NCBI GenBank assembly: GCA_041489155.1
Contig: JBGPQP010000004.1
Location: forward strand, 31,030 to 95,029
DNA: 64,000 bases
Origin: Candidatus Aenigmatarchaeota archaeon
GTDB lineage: Archaea; Aenigmatarchaeota; Aenigmatarchaeia; QMZP01; QMZT01
Direction: 5' to 3'
Positions 38,113 through 47,986 of this stretch are shown here, in pieces. Positions within the stretch are counted from its first letter, which is position 1, and every line of letters begins with the position of its first letter. The position numbers and the translations under genes are program-made. The notes beneath the pieces were generated by a model. The model did no database searches. It was not told the origin of the DNA and saw nothing but the letters and a program-made list of their open reading frames with translations.

Positions 38113-38221
38113 GATTATTGGTTGGCGGGTGGGAATATAAAATTAAAAGCCCGGGCACGAGTGAAATCTCTTATAAAGCCGCGCAGGAAATAAATCATCA
38201 ACATGATTGAGAGGGATAGCC

Positions 38222-39943
38222 ATGGCAGTGCGACAGCCTATAATCTCGGTGCTGGGTCACGTGGACTCGGGGAAGACGACTTTGCTCGACCGCATCAGGG
38301 GAAGCGCTGTCGCGCCTGGCGAGGCCGGCGGCATAACCCAGCACATCGGCGCTTCTGAGGTGCCGATAGAGAACATAAAGACATCCTGCGGCCCGCTTCT
38401 CAGCAGGATGAAAGTCGACGTTAAAATTCCCGGCCTGCTTTTCATAGACACGCCCGGCCACGAGGCGTTCACCACGCTGCGGAAGCGCGGCGGGTCGATC
38501 GCTGACATCGCGATTCTTATAATCGACATTAACGAGGGCATCCAGAAGCAGACCGAAGAAAGCATCATGTTTTTGAAAGAATTCAAAACTCCGTTCGTCG
38601 TCGCGGCGACGAAGATCGACAGGATTCTCGGCTGGCATTCTGAGGCGAATGCGTGCTTCCTGACGAGCTTCGCTGCGCAGGATGCGAGGGCGCAGGACGA
38701 GCTTGAAGAGAAACTCTACAGGATAGTCGGCCAGCTCGGGGAGAAGGGCTTCCGGTCCGAGCGCTACGACCGCGTCGAGGACTTCGCGAAGGCGATATGC
38801 ATCGTCCCCGTTTCCTCCGTGACTGGCGAGGGCATCCCTGACCTGCTCGTGCTCCTCACCGGCCTGGCGCAGAAATATCTTGAAAAGCGCCTCGAGGTCA
38901 CGGGAGGCATGGGGAAGGGGACGATACTCGAGGTCAGGGAATACCGCGGGCTCGGGTCGACGATAGATGTAATACTTTATGACGGCGTCGTCAGCCGCGG
39001 GGACACCATGATAATCGGCGGCGCGGGCCTGCTTGTGACGAAGGTCAAGGCCCTGCTCAAACCCGAGCCGCTGAAGGAGATGCGCGTCGAGCGAGTCTTC
39101 CAGCCCATTGAAAGCGCCTCGGCTGCGTCCGGCGTGAAAATTTCCGCACCTGACCTCACCGGCGTGGTCGCCGGCTCGCCCGTGAGATTCGTAAGGAACG
39201 AGAAGGACGGGAAGGCCGCTATAAAGGACATAGAGAAGGAAATCGAGGAAGTCGAAATCGAGACCGAGAACCAGGGCGTGATAATAAAGGCTGACACGCT
39301 CGGAAGCCTTGAAGGCCTGCTGAAGACGCTGAGGGGCATGAACATCCCGATAAGGAAGGCGAAGGTCGGTAATGTCGTGAGGAACGAAGTGATGGAAGCC
39401 TCCAACATGAAAAAGCCCGTCATATTCGTGTTCAACGTCGAAGTCCTTCCGGACGCCGACGAGCTGGCGAAAAAGCTCGGCGTGAACGTTTTCAAATCGA
39501 ACATAATTTACAGGCTCATCGAGGATTACCAGAAATGGGAGGACGAAACCAAAAGGAACTCGGAATCAAAGCTTATCGACAGCGTTACCCATCCCGCAAG
39601 GATGACGATACTCCGCGGTTACGTGTTCCGCCAGTCCAAGCCTGCGATATTCGGCGTGGAAGTTCTCGGAGGAACGATAAGGCCCGGCTACAAGCTGAAA
39701 AAAGGCGAGCATACCATAGGGGAAATCAAGGAACTGCAGGCCGAGGGCGAGAAGGTGGAAAAGGCGAAGATAGGCGACAAAGTCGCTGTCTCTGTCGACG
39801 GCGTCACGATCGGCAGGCAGATAGACGAGGGCGACACGCTGGAAACAGTTCTCAGCGGCAGGGATTTCGAGATACTCGAGCGCTTGAAAAGCAAGCTCCC
39901 GGAAGATGAGAAGCGCCTGCTCGAGGAGTTCCAGGCCGGCTAG
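38222..39943 (+). CDS. infB: Translation initiation factor aIF5B (IF-2)
   Basis: GHVDSGKT, GGITQHIG, DTPGH, TKID. Confidence 0.97.
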   Translation: MAVRQPIISVLGHVDSGKTTLLDRIRGSAVAPGEAGGITQHIGASEVPIENIKTSCGPLLSRMKVDVKIPGLLFIDTPGHEAFTTLRKRGGSIADIAILIIDINEGIQKQTEESIMFLKEFKTPFVVAATKIDRILGWHSEANACFLTSFAAQDARAQDELEEKLYRIVGQLGEKGFRSERYDRVEDFAKAICIVPVSSVTGEGIPDLLVLLTGLAQKYLEKRLEVTGGMGKGTILEVREYRGLGSTIDVILYDGVVSRGDTMIIGGAGLLVTKVKALLKPEPLKEMRVERVFQPIESASAASGVKISAPDLTGVVAGSPVRFVRNEKDGKAAIKDIEKEIEEVEIETENQGVIIKADTLGSLEGLLKTLRGMNIPIRKAKVGNVVRNEVMEASNMKKPVIFVFNVEVLPDADELAKKLGVNVFKSNIIYRLIEDYQKWEDETKRNSESKLIDSVTHPARMTILRGYVFRQSKPAIFGVEVLGGTIRPGYKLKKGEHTIGEIKELQAEGEKVEKAKIGDKVAVSVDGVTIGRQIDEGDTLETVLSGRDFEILERLKSKLPEDEKRLLEEFQAG

Positions 39944-39982
39944 GCTGAACCAATTTAAATACGGCGCTTCTAATTGATTGTT

Positions 39983-40390
39983 ATGCAAACATACGAGAAA
40001 TTGCTGGACATGGCGTTCGAAAGGCTGCCGAAGAGATCGGAGGACAGCGACCGCTTCCAGATGCCACGCGCGAACATCCAGCCCGCGGGCGCCCGCACGA
40101 TCATAATCAATTTCATCGAGATAGCGAGCACGTTCAGACGCGAGCCCGACCACCTGCAGAAATTCATCCTGAAGGAGCTCGCGACTTCAGGCGAGCTGCA
40201 GAGCGGGAGGCTGGTCGTGCAGGGCAAGTTCAGGCCGGAAGTCGTCGACAAGAAAATCGAGCTTTACGCGAAGGAATACGTTCTGTGTCCTGACTGCAAC
40301 AGGCCTGACACGAAATTCGTGCGAGAGGACCGCTTCCTTTTCCTCAAGTGCGAGGCATGCGGCTCCAAGCACGCGCTGAAAAAGATCTGA
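39983..40390 (+). CDS. eif2b: Translation initiation factor 2 subunit beta
   Basis: KELAT, YVLCPDCNRPDT, CEACG. Confidence 0.95.
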   Translation: MQTYEKLLDMAFERLPKRSEDSDRFQMPRANIQPAGARTIIINFIEIASTFRREPDHLQKFILKELATSGELQSGRLVVQGKFRPEVVDKKIELYAKEYVLCPDCNRPDTKFVREDRFLFLKCEACGSKHALKKI

Positions 40391-40411
40391 TTTTACTTTT
40401 GCCTTAAGTCT

Positions 40412-41515
40412 TTAACGGCTGATTTTGTTCCTGTCAACGGCCACCATGAAGCCGGTCGTCATCCTGCTGAGCTCCGGGATTTTTATGCAGTCGCAGAACG
40501 TATCGGCCGTTGAAGAGCATATCTCGGCGTTCTGCATTATGTCGTCGTTCGTTTCACCTTCCGAGACGTTCATGTCCCTCGGGAAGGTTATCGAGAGGAT
40601 GAACTCCTTCCCCTCATAAACTGTCGTGTACATCATGGCCACCTTTCTTCCGGTCTCTCTTTCCACCATCGCCATCACGCTTTCGTCCTTGAACGACGTA
40701 TCGCTGCCGACGATGTTGACACCCTGTTTCATGAGTATGCGCACGGTCGAAACGCATCCCGCCGGAAGTTGCTGGTTCCCGATGAGGGCGTTGAACTGCG
40801 CCTCGTCCATGCCCATGAGGGAAGCGACGCCCTCCGCGAAGCTCGGCAGCGAGCGGAACGTTAGGACCGATAAAACGACGAGGGCGATTATCATGCAGAT
40901 CCCGGCTATCATGTAAGGATCCTTCGCTCCGAGATGCTCTATTTTCTTGACTTCGCCCGTGTATGCACCGAGGATGGCGAGCGCCTGTTTTTTGTCCTTT
41001 TCTAGAAGGATTTCCCATTCAGTGTTTTTCAGGCTCGCCTTCTTCGCGCTGAAGCCGGGCAGGAGGCTTTCGGCTGTTTTCTTTACCTCATCCTCTTTCA
41101 GCGTCTGGACCTTTTCCTTCAGCAGCAATCCTTCCAGCAGTTTTACGCTTTCCTTGAGCTTGGCTATGGTCCTGCTTTCGTCCTCGTCTTTCCTGTTGCG
41201 CGTTATAAGGTACAGGCCGACCGCGGCGATTATCGCCGCCATTATGCCGCCTATGAAGAGGTCGAGCTGTATCAGGTTAAATGGCGCCCCCTGAAGGAAG
41301 AAGAGATATTGCCTTATGCCCGCACCGAACAGGAGGCAGACGAAGCCCGTCGCGAGCATCGCGGGTATCCTTATGGTGAAAGCCATTTTCCTCTGCATGC
41401 CGCGAAACGCGACAGAACCGAAGACCCACGCGAGAACGACGTTCATCACTATCTGCGCTATGAAAAGCAGCATGGGCAGGGCGTCCATGATGTCAGCGAC
41501 GGAGGCGAAAGCCAT
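40412..41515 (-). CDS. Membrane protein (PepSY-like segment, Cys-containing external domain)
   Basis: Four TMs; AILGAYTGEV PepSY-like strand. Confidence 0.7.
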   Translation of the reverse strand: MAFASVADIMDALPMLLFIAQIVMNVVLAWVFGSVAFRGMQRKMAFTIRIPAMLATGFVCLLFGAGIRQYLFFLQGAPFNLIQLDLFIGGIMAAIIAAVGLYLITRNRKDEDESRTIAKLKESVKLLEGLLLKEKVQTLKEDEVKKTAESLLPGFSAKKASLKNTEWEILLEKDKKQALAILGAYTGEVKKIEHLGAKDPYMIAGICMIIALVVLSVLTFRSLPSFAEGVASLMGMDEAQFNALIGNQQLPAGCVSTVRILMKQGVNIVGSDTSFKDESVMAMVERETGRKVAMMYTTVYEGKEFILSITFPRDMNVSEGETNDDIMQNAEICSSTADTFCDCIKIPELSRMTTGFMVAVDRNKISR

Positions 41516-41559
41516 GAATAATATTTGGCAGAATTCGTATAAAAGAACCGTAAGGTTTC

Positions 41560-41799
41560 CTATAAATTGGATATGCTGAAGAAGCCGGATTCCAGTATTT
41601 TGAGCAACTTATCTTCCTCTGAAATGTTCATCTCAAGCAGCGTTTTCACGTCCCTGAGCGCCTCGGCGTACATGGCGCTGTTGAAAGAATTGCTGTCGCG
41701 CATCTCCCATTTGTTTTTCGCCGACTTCGTGTAAAGAAAGAACGTCCTGCCGTCCGTGGTTATCTTGTGCGTTTTTCCCTCGAAAAGAGTTTTCAGCAT
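41560..41799 (-). CDS. Small hypothetical protein
   Basis: 79-aa ORF with a TATA-like site about 30 nt upstream. Confidence 0.6.
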   Translation of the reverse strand: MLKTLFEGKTHKITTDGRTFFLYTKSAKNKWEMRDSNSFNSAMYAEALRDVKTLLEMNISEEDKLLKILESGFFSISNL

Positions 41800-41800
41800 G

Positions 41801-41824
41801 ATGTTTAAACATATGTTTAAACAT
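41801..41824. promoter_or_regulatory. Perfect double palindrome (ATGTTTAAACAT)2
   Basis: Read directly; the same 12-mer occurs at 31567-31578. Confidence 0.6.
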
Positions 41825-41884
41825 GGATTTAAGGCTATATTGCCCCAGCTTCAGCTTTTAAATATGCGCCTTCACTATATTCAC

Positions 41885-41973
41885 AAGAACAGGCCAGTTC
41901 CTTCGGGTGCTAGCTTGTATCGCTTACAAGAGGCTTGTTCTTAACTTCGAAAGAAGCATACTGCGTATGCTTC
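41885..41973 (+). ncRNA. Candidate uS15 ribosomal-protein leader (three-way junction plus hairpin)
   Basis: 11-bp P1, cUUCGg hairpin, CTTGTA/TACAAG hairpin, GAAGCATAC/GTATGCTTC hairpin; TTTAAA about 25 nt upstream. Confidence 0.65.
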
Positions 41974-41998
41974 ATAATAAAAGGATTAAGGTGGGAAT

Positions 41999-42433
41999 AT
42001 CGCTAAGGCAAAAATAGAAGACGCAAAGCCGGCGGTCAAAATGGCCGGATGGATAGACTACAAAACGAAGGAAGTCGAGGACCTCGTGCTCAAGTACGCC
42101 AAGCAGGGCATGCAGAGCGCGCAGATAGGCCTCATGCTGAGAGACCAGTACGGCATCCCTTCCGTGAAGGCGATAACCAAGAAGACCATAGCGCAGATAC
42201 TCAAGGAAAACAAGGTCTATGCCAAGCTGCCGGAAGACCTGATGAACATCATGAGGCGCGTCGTCGAGCTCCGCGTGCATATGGAGCGCAACAAGAAAGA
42301 CTACCAGTCATACCGTGGCCTCGAGCTCGCCGAATCTAATATCAGGCGCCTTGTAAAATACTACATAAAGAAAGGCGTTCTTCCCAAGGGCTGGAAATAC
42401 GACGCAGAGCAGGCAAAACTTCTGGTCAGGTAA
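41999..42433 (+). CDS. rps15: 30S ribosomal protein S15 (uS15); start probably ATC 41999, first ATG at 42041
   Basis: [35 protein letters not shown]. Confidence 0.93.
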   Translation: MAKAKIEDAKPAVKMAGWIDYKTKEVEDLVLKYAKQGMQSAQIGLMLRDQYGIPSVKAITKKTIAQILKENKVYAKLPEDLMNIMRRVVELRVHMERNKKDYQSYRGLELAESNIRRLVKYYIKKGVLPKGWKYDAEQAKLLVR

Positions 42434-42616
42434 AACCGAAAAGGCCAAAAAGAGAGCGGATTCTTTATTTTCCGCTTTTGTTTTATTTTTAAAATCAGTT
42501 TACCTCTTGTAATTCTCCCTCACTTATTCCTCGAGACTCTTTAACGACTCTTAAGGCAAGTAAGCGTATTTTTTGCTTAATTTTATGTTTTTATTATTTT
42601 CAATGGCATTATTTTC

Positions 42617-43495
42617 ATGAGAAAGCTTCATGCGCTGTTCTATCTTATTTGCATGGAACTGAAGAGGAGCGCCCTCGGCGTAAAATATTTCGCCGAAGTT
42701 GACGTGACGGATAACTGCAACCTCAGGTGCAGGCACTGCTACCATTTCCACGGCAAGAACAAATTTGAAAAAAAGGAACTGCCTTTGGACGTGTGGGAAA
42801 AGAGGTTCAGTGACCTTCACGGCGCCGGCGTAAGATTCATCCTGCTGGTCGGAGGAGAGCCCGCGCTGCGGCAGGATATTCTCATGCTCGCCGACAGAAT
42901 TTTCCCCTTCGTGTACGTCATCACAAACGGTACAATTAAGATACCGCGGCAATTCAACCACACATTGTTCGTTTCATTGGATGGCATGCAGAAAAGAAAT
43001 GACTCGGTGAGGGGAATGGGAGTCTTTTCAAAAGTAATTGAAAATTATTCTGGGGATGGTCGTGTCGTTATCAACATGACGCTGCAAAAGGGCAATTACA
43101 AAGACCTTGAAGGAGTTGTCAGGATAGCGAAGGAAAATGGCTTCCGCGGCGTCGTGTGCAACATATGCGCGTCCGGGACTGATGCTGTCATACCGATGTT
43201 TGTAAAGAAACAGGAAAGAGAAGTTATAATGAAAGAGGTTGAACGTGTGAAGTCATTATATCCGAAAGACTTCCTTTTGAGTAAAACCATGATAAAATGG
43301 TACAAATGCCCCGATCACAGGGATTCGTGCTTTTGGGGCGATGAAACATTGCATTTCGATGTGTCATGGAACAGGAGGCGGTGTTTTGGAAGTAATGCTG
43401 ACTGCTCAAACTGCGGATGCCTCGCCGGGTCATTTAAAAACCCGCTGATAACGGTGTTAAGGCATCCGCTGGGGACGAAGAAAATATTGGTTTAG
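42617..43495 (+). CDS. Radical SAM protein
   Basis: CNLRCRHC, GGEP, C-terminal C...CSNCGC. Confidence 0.9.
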   Translation: MRKLHALFYLICMELKRSALGVKYFAEVDVTDNCNLRCRHCYHFHGKNKFEKKELPLDVWEKRFSDLHGAGVRFILLVGGEPALRQDILMLADRIFPFVYVITNGTIKIPRQFNHTLFVSLDGMQKRNDSVRGMGVFSKVIENYSGDGRVVINMTLQKGNYKDLEGVVRIAKENGFRGVVCNICASGTDAVIPMFVKKQEREVIMKEVERVKSLYPKDFLLSKTMIKWYKCPDHRDSCFWGDETLHFDVSWNRRRCFGSNADCSNCGCLAGSFKNPLITVLRHPLGTKKILV

Positions 43496-43521
43496 CAGTT
43501 CCCCTCCGGTATTCCGGCGAT

Positions 43522-44724
43522 TTACTTGTAGTTCTCCCTCACGTATTCCTCGAGTTTGTTGAGCGATTCTTCGAGGACGTTCATGGGCGGGAGGAAGACG
43601 ATTCTGAAATGGTCTGGCGTTGGATAGCCGAAACCCGTGCCGAAGACTGCAAGGATTTGTTTTTTGTAGAGGATGTCCATGATGAACTTCCTGTCGTCCG
43701 TCACGCCGGGAAGCTCGAATTTCGGGAACGCGTAAAACGCTCCTTTCGGTTTCGTACATGAGAAACCGTCGATTTCGTTGAAGCGCTTGTGTATCAAATC
43801 GCGCCTCTGTTTTAATTTCCTGTTCATCTCGGGTATGTGGTCCTGCGGTCCTTCGAGCGCGGGCTTGACAGCGTACTGGAACGGCCCCGGTGCCGAAAGC
43901 CTTGATCTCGCCAGGCGGAAGACGGTGTCCTGGAAGTCCTTCCTTGCCTCTTCCGGCCCGCTGAAAATCATCCATCCCGTTCTCCAGCCTGGCACGATGT
44001 AGTTCTTCGAAAGGCCGTTGAAGGTGAGGATGGGAATGTCGCTGGCGAGAGACGCGGTTGAAACGTGCCTGTCGTCGTCCAGCAGGATTTTGTTGTAAAT
44101 CTCGTCGGAGAAAATGACCAGGTTGTGTTCTCTGGCAAGGTCGACTATCTCCTGCAGCGTCTTCTGCGAGTAGAGCGCGCCAGTCGGGTTGTTGGGATTT
44201 ATGAGAATTATGCCTTTTGTTTTGCTGTTGATTTTTTTCTTTATGTCGTCTATGTCAGGCTGCCAGCCATTCTCTTCAACGCACTTGTAGTGGTTGTGGG
44301 CGGCGCCGATCTTGTTGACGACAGCGGTATAAACCGGATATCCTGGAACGGGCGTAAGGATGTTTTCACCGGGGTTGAGCAGCGCGTTCATCGCCATCTC
44401 TATGCCTTCGCTGACGCCGGCGGTTATGAGGATATCGCTCTTCGTTACGCCCTTTATGCCGTCCCTTGCGGCTTCCTTGACTATCGCTTCCCTCGCCTCG
44501 TCAACGCCGGAAGAGTCGGCGTAGCCGTTGAGGTTCCGCGCCATGGCCTTTTCCACGGCTTCTATGATATGCCTCGGAGTGACGAAATCGTAAACGTTCG
44601 GGTCCCCGATGTTCAGGTTAAGGACTTTCTTGCCCTGCGCCTTCAGCTTGTTGGCCTCGACTACGACGTCGCGTATGGCATAAGAAACCCTGCCTGCCCT
44701 TTCGGCCGGAATTATCCTGTTCAT
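43522..44724 (-). CDS. Class I/II PLP aminotransferase (alanine aminotransferase-like)
   Basis: LNIGDP, INPNNPTG, DEIY, GLSKNY...PGWR. Confidence 0.93.
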   Translation of the reverse strand: MNRIIPAERAGRVSYAIRDVVVEANKLKAQGKKVLNLNIGDPNVYDFVTPRHIIEAVEKAMARNLNGYADSSGVDEAREAIVKEAARDGIKGVTKSDILITAGVSEGIEMAMNALLNPGENILTPVPGYPVYTAVVNKIGAAHNHYKCVEENGWQPDIDDIKKKINSKTKGIILINPNNPTGALYSQKTLQEIVDLAREHNLVIFSDEIYNKILLDDDRHVSTASLASDIPILTFNGLSKNYIVPGWRTGWMIFSGPEEARKDFQDTVFRLARSRLSAPGPFQYAVKPALEGPQDHIPEMNRKLKQRRDLIHKRFNEIDGFSCTKPKGAFYAFPKFELPGVTDDRKFIMDILYKKQILAVFGTGFGYPTPDHFRIVFLPPMNVLEESLNKLEEYVRENYK

Positions 44725-44792
44725 GGTAAGATACTCTATTGTCTCCGGCTTTTTAAATTATTTGCCCTATCGGATTCGTCAGAAAGCGGATT

Positions 44793-46001
44793 TTATGCGG
44801 AATACAACTCCTGCATTCTTTTCTCGAGCCTGTCCATCGCTCCCTGGAGAATGTCTTCCTTCGGAAGAGTAACGATTCTTATGTGCGTTTTCTCATCCTT
44901 CGGCCAGTCGAAACCAGTGCCATGGACGACAAGGACATGTTCCTTGCCAAGAGCATCGAGAACGAACCTCTTGTCATCATTGATTGGCGCATCAATTCCC
45001 GGGAAAACGTAAAAAGCGCCCTTCGGCTTTGTCACATGAACACCCTTCATTGCGTTCAGCCTTTCCACGACAAGATCGCTCCTTTTCTGCAGCTTGGCGT
45101 CCATTTCCTTTATGTGGTCCTGCGGTCCTTCGAGCGCGGGTTTTATGGCATACTGAAAAGGCCCGGGAGCGCACAGCCTTGCCCTCGCAAGCCTGTATAC
45201 CGCTTCCCGATAGTCTCCTATTGCCTTCTCCGGTCCCGTGAATGCCATCCAGCCGATTCTCCAGCCGGGCACAAGATAATTTTTTGAAAGGCCGCCGAAT
45301 GTCAGGAGCGGCGTCTCGCCTGCGAGGGAAGCAAGGGGCGTGTGCTTCCCGCCGTTGAAAAGGATCTTGTTGTAGATCTCGTCCGCGAATATCAGGATGT
45401 TCTTTTCCCCTGCTATATCTAATATTTCAAGTAGGGTTTTGTCAGGATAGACAGCGCCAGTCGGGTTGTTGGGGTTGTTTATGAGTATGCCGCGCGTGTT
45501 TTTGTCTATCTTTGTTTTTATGTCCTGCAGGTCGGGCTGCCAGTCATCTTTCTCCCTTGTCATGTAAAGCCTTGGTTTCACGCCGAGCTTGTTGAGTATC
45601 GCAGTATAAAGAGGATATCCCGGCGCGGGTGTTAGGAAGTTTTCACCAAGGTTCACGAGCGAGGCCAGCGCAAGCTCAAGGCCCTCGCTCACGCCGGCGG
45701 TAACGAGAATCCTTTCCCTGTCTGCATTGACTCCTGTTCTGCGGTATTCGGTTTCAATCGCATGTCTGGCTTCGGGTATTCCCAGAGAATCAACATAACC
45801 GTTCTTGTTCTCCCTCATCGCCTTGTCAACGGCATCAATCATGTGAGCAGGCGTGACGAAGTCGTAGACGTTAGGGTCGCCGATGTTCAGGTAAAGTATG
45901 TCACCTATCCCCTGTTTTTTGAGCTCGCCTGCCGCGACCGCCAGATCGCGTATGGCATAGGTGACGTCTTTTGTCCTTTCGGCCGGCCTTATCGGTTGCA
46001 T
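44793..46001 (-). CDS. Class I/II PLP aminotransferase, tandem paralog
   Basis: Same motifs as 43522-44724. Confidence 0.93.
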   Translation of the reverse strand: MQPIRPAERTKDVTYAIRDLAVAAGELKKQGIGDILYLNIGDPNVYDFVTPAHMIDAVDKAMRENKNGYVDSLGIPEARHAIETEYRRTGVNADRERILVTAGVSEGLELALASLVNLGENFLTPAPGYPLYTAILNKLGVKPRLYMTREKDDWQPDLQDIKTKIDKNTRGILINNPNNPTGAVYPDKTLLEILDIAGEKNILIFADEIYNKILFNGGKHTPLASLAGETPLLTFGGLSKNYLVPGWRIGWMAFTGPEKAIGDYREAVYRLARARLCAPGPFQYAIKPALEGPQDHIKEMDAKLQKRSDLVVERLNAMKGVHVTKPKGAFYVFPGIDAPINDDKRFVLDALGKEHVLVVHGTGFDWPKDEKTHIRIVTLPKEDILQGAMDRLEKRMQELYSA

Positions 46002-46056
46002 ATCATTTCACAATTGATTAAAAATTTTAAAAGCCTTGCCTGCGCCAGTTTTTGGC

Positions 46057-46734
46057 TTATTCCCACACGAACTCGAACTTTTCGAAGTTCGTCTTTTTCT
46101 CGCGGCTGCTGATTCTCCATACGGTCATGATAATCAGGCCGCTGAGCACGCCGCCCACGTGGCCGAAATTCGCCACGCCCGGATCGAGGCCCATAAGACC
46201 GAAGAACGTCTCCTCGACCAGCAGGAAGACTAACATCACTGCCGCCGGCATGGGAAATAAGCCGAGCATGTAGACCCAGCTGGTGGGATAAAGAAACGCG
46301 TAAGCGGCCAGCACTCCGAAGACTGCGCCTGATGCGCCTATCAGGCCTGCGCCTATCGCTCCATAAAGCCAGGACATGACGCCGATGTAGAACAGGGCTG
46401 AGCCTATGCCTGATAAAATGTAAAGAGCAGTGAATTTTTTCGTGCCTATGCTCTGCTCCAGCTGGAAGCCGAATATGGCGAAAACGAACATGTTTATGAC
46501 CAAGTGGCCGGGGTAGATGGTAACGCCGGCGGCCGTCTCGGCGTAGGTTGCGTGCAGGAACATGTAGGTGAAGAACTGATAGAAACGGCCTGATAAAGCC
46601 TCGCCCGGCGTCAGCGCAAAAACATCGTCGACTACTGGATAGGTGAACAGCTGCAGCAGCCACACTATAACGTTGGCTAGTATAATCGCGAAGGTCACCG
46701 ATTTCGTGAAAGGCTTCCTTGCTCCCAGCGTCAT
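46057..46734 (-). CDS. Rhomboid intramembrane serine protease
   Basis: YMFLH, HLVINM, GASGA, HVGG. Confidence 0.93.
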   Translation of the reverse strand: MTLGARKPFTKSVTFAIILANVIVWLLQLFTYPVVDDVFALTPGEALSGRFYQFFTYMFLHATYAETAAGVTIYPGHLVINMFVFAIFGFQLEQSIGTKKFTALYILSGIGSALFYIGVMSWLYGAIGAGLIGASGAVFGVLAAYAFLYPTSWVYMLGLFPMPAAVMLVFLLVEETFFGLMGLDPGVANFGHVGGVLSGLIIMTVWRISSREKKTNFEKFEFVWE

Positions 46735-47426
46735 TTTATCACTTTCTTTGATTTGTTTGATTTGATTTCAGTATTATAAAAGTTGCATATCTTTTTCAGT
46801 TCGCATATTTCGCATTTCGGCTTTCGCGTTATGCATATCGCCTTGCCGAAGCTGACGAGGCCCAGGTTGACGATGTATCGCTCCTTCGCTGGCACGAGCT
46901 TCTCAAGGTTCGCGCGAATCTCTTCGTATCTCGCTTTCTGCCTCGCGAAGCCCAGTCGTTTTGAACATACCTCGACATGCACATCTACCGCGATCACCGG
47001 CTGGCCGAAGCCGTATGAAAGCACGATATCCGCAGTTTTCGGACCGACCCCGTGCAGCGCCATCAACTCTTCGCGCGTGCGGGGGAAAGAATTCTTGTAA
47101 TCCTGCGCAAGGACTTTCGAAATCTCGATTATCTTTTTCGCCTTCTGCCTGAAAGGTCCTGAAGGCCGAATAAGCGACTCGAGATTTTTGCGGTCGAGCT
47201 TAACAATATCTTCTGGGGTTGAAACGACTGAGAAAAGACGATTGCTGACAACCTCGGTAGTCTCGTCCTTCGCCCGCTGCGAGAGCACGGTCGAGACGAG
47301 AAGCTGGAAGAGGTCGCTCCTCTTCCTCAGGATTGACGTGTCGACCTCATCGCCGTATTTTTTGTGCAGGTAAGCGAGGACGATGCGCATCTTTCTTTTG
47401 TTTTGCTGTGGGGTTTTTTCAGACAT
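46731..47426 (-). CDS. nth: Endonuclease III
   Basis: HhH LHGVGPKTA, VDVHV, CITRKPKCEICELKKIC. Confidence 0.95.
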   Translation of the reverse strand: MSEKTPQQNKRKMRIVLAYLHKKYGDEVDTSILRKRSDLFQLLVSTVLSQRAKDETTEVVSNRLFSVVSTPEDIVKLDRKNLESLIRPSGPFRQKAKKIIEISKVLAQDYKNSFPRTREELMALHGVGPKTADIVLSYGFGQPVIAVDVHVEVCSKRLGFARQKARYEEIRANLEKLVPAKERYIVNLGLVSFGKAICITRKPKCEICELKKICNFYNTEIKSNKSKKVIK

Positions 47427-47449
47427 GAAATTAATAACACGGCAGGATT

Positions 47450-47911
47450 TTAATTTTCCTGGCCCGCGACGTCAAAAGGTCCGTATAATCTAACCCCGCC
47501 GGCATCCCTTCCGTCAAGAACGTAGTACTTGTCTTTGCAAACATATGCATAACGATGGTGCCACGTTCCTTCCAAGCAGGGTTTACTGTGGTAAAAATAT
47601 TCCACCTTTTCGGCTGTTGCATTGTCATGTTTGCAATAAAAATTCCAGCCATCTGTTTTGTAGATGATATCATTTTCAAAAGTGTCTGATGAAATCATTG
47701 GCCCGAAAACCAAGAGTTCCCCGGGTATGCTCTCGTTTTCATTGGCAAACATAAAATAAGAGGGCAGTCCCGGATTTATCCTGTCAATGGGATTGCAATT
47801 CCTGCCGCCGGCGTTCATGAAACTTGCAAAAACAATGATTGCAATCAAAACTACAAGGACGGCAACAAGCGGGAATAATTTCTTCATAATGTTATAACTA
47901 TCTATTGTCAT
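47450..47911 (-). CDS. Membrane-anchored secreted hypothetical protein
   Basis: N-terminal TM; Cys pairs. Confidence 0.65.
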   Translation of the reverse strand: MTIDSYNIMKKLFPLVAVLVVLIAIIVFASFMNAGGRNCNPIDRINPGLPSYFMFANENESIPGELLVFGPMISSDTFENDIIYKTDGWNFYCKHDNATAEKVEYFYHSKPCLEGTWHHRYAYVCKDKYYVLDGRDAGGVRLYGPFDVAGQEN

Positions 47912-47986
47912 TTTATTAAATTATCGAAATTGTTCGGTCAAGCAAAAATCAGCGGATGGGGGAGTTTCTTTTGTTTTCGTATGCCA

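Noticed and set aside
38222..39943. Inteins in aIF5B or AtpA as the source of the LAGLIDADG gene
   Set aside because: Both proteins are of normal length, and the endonuclease has no splicing motifs.
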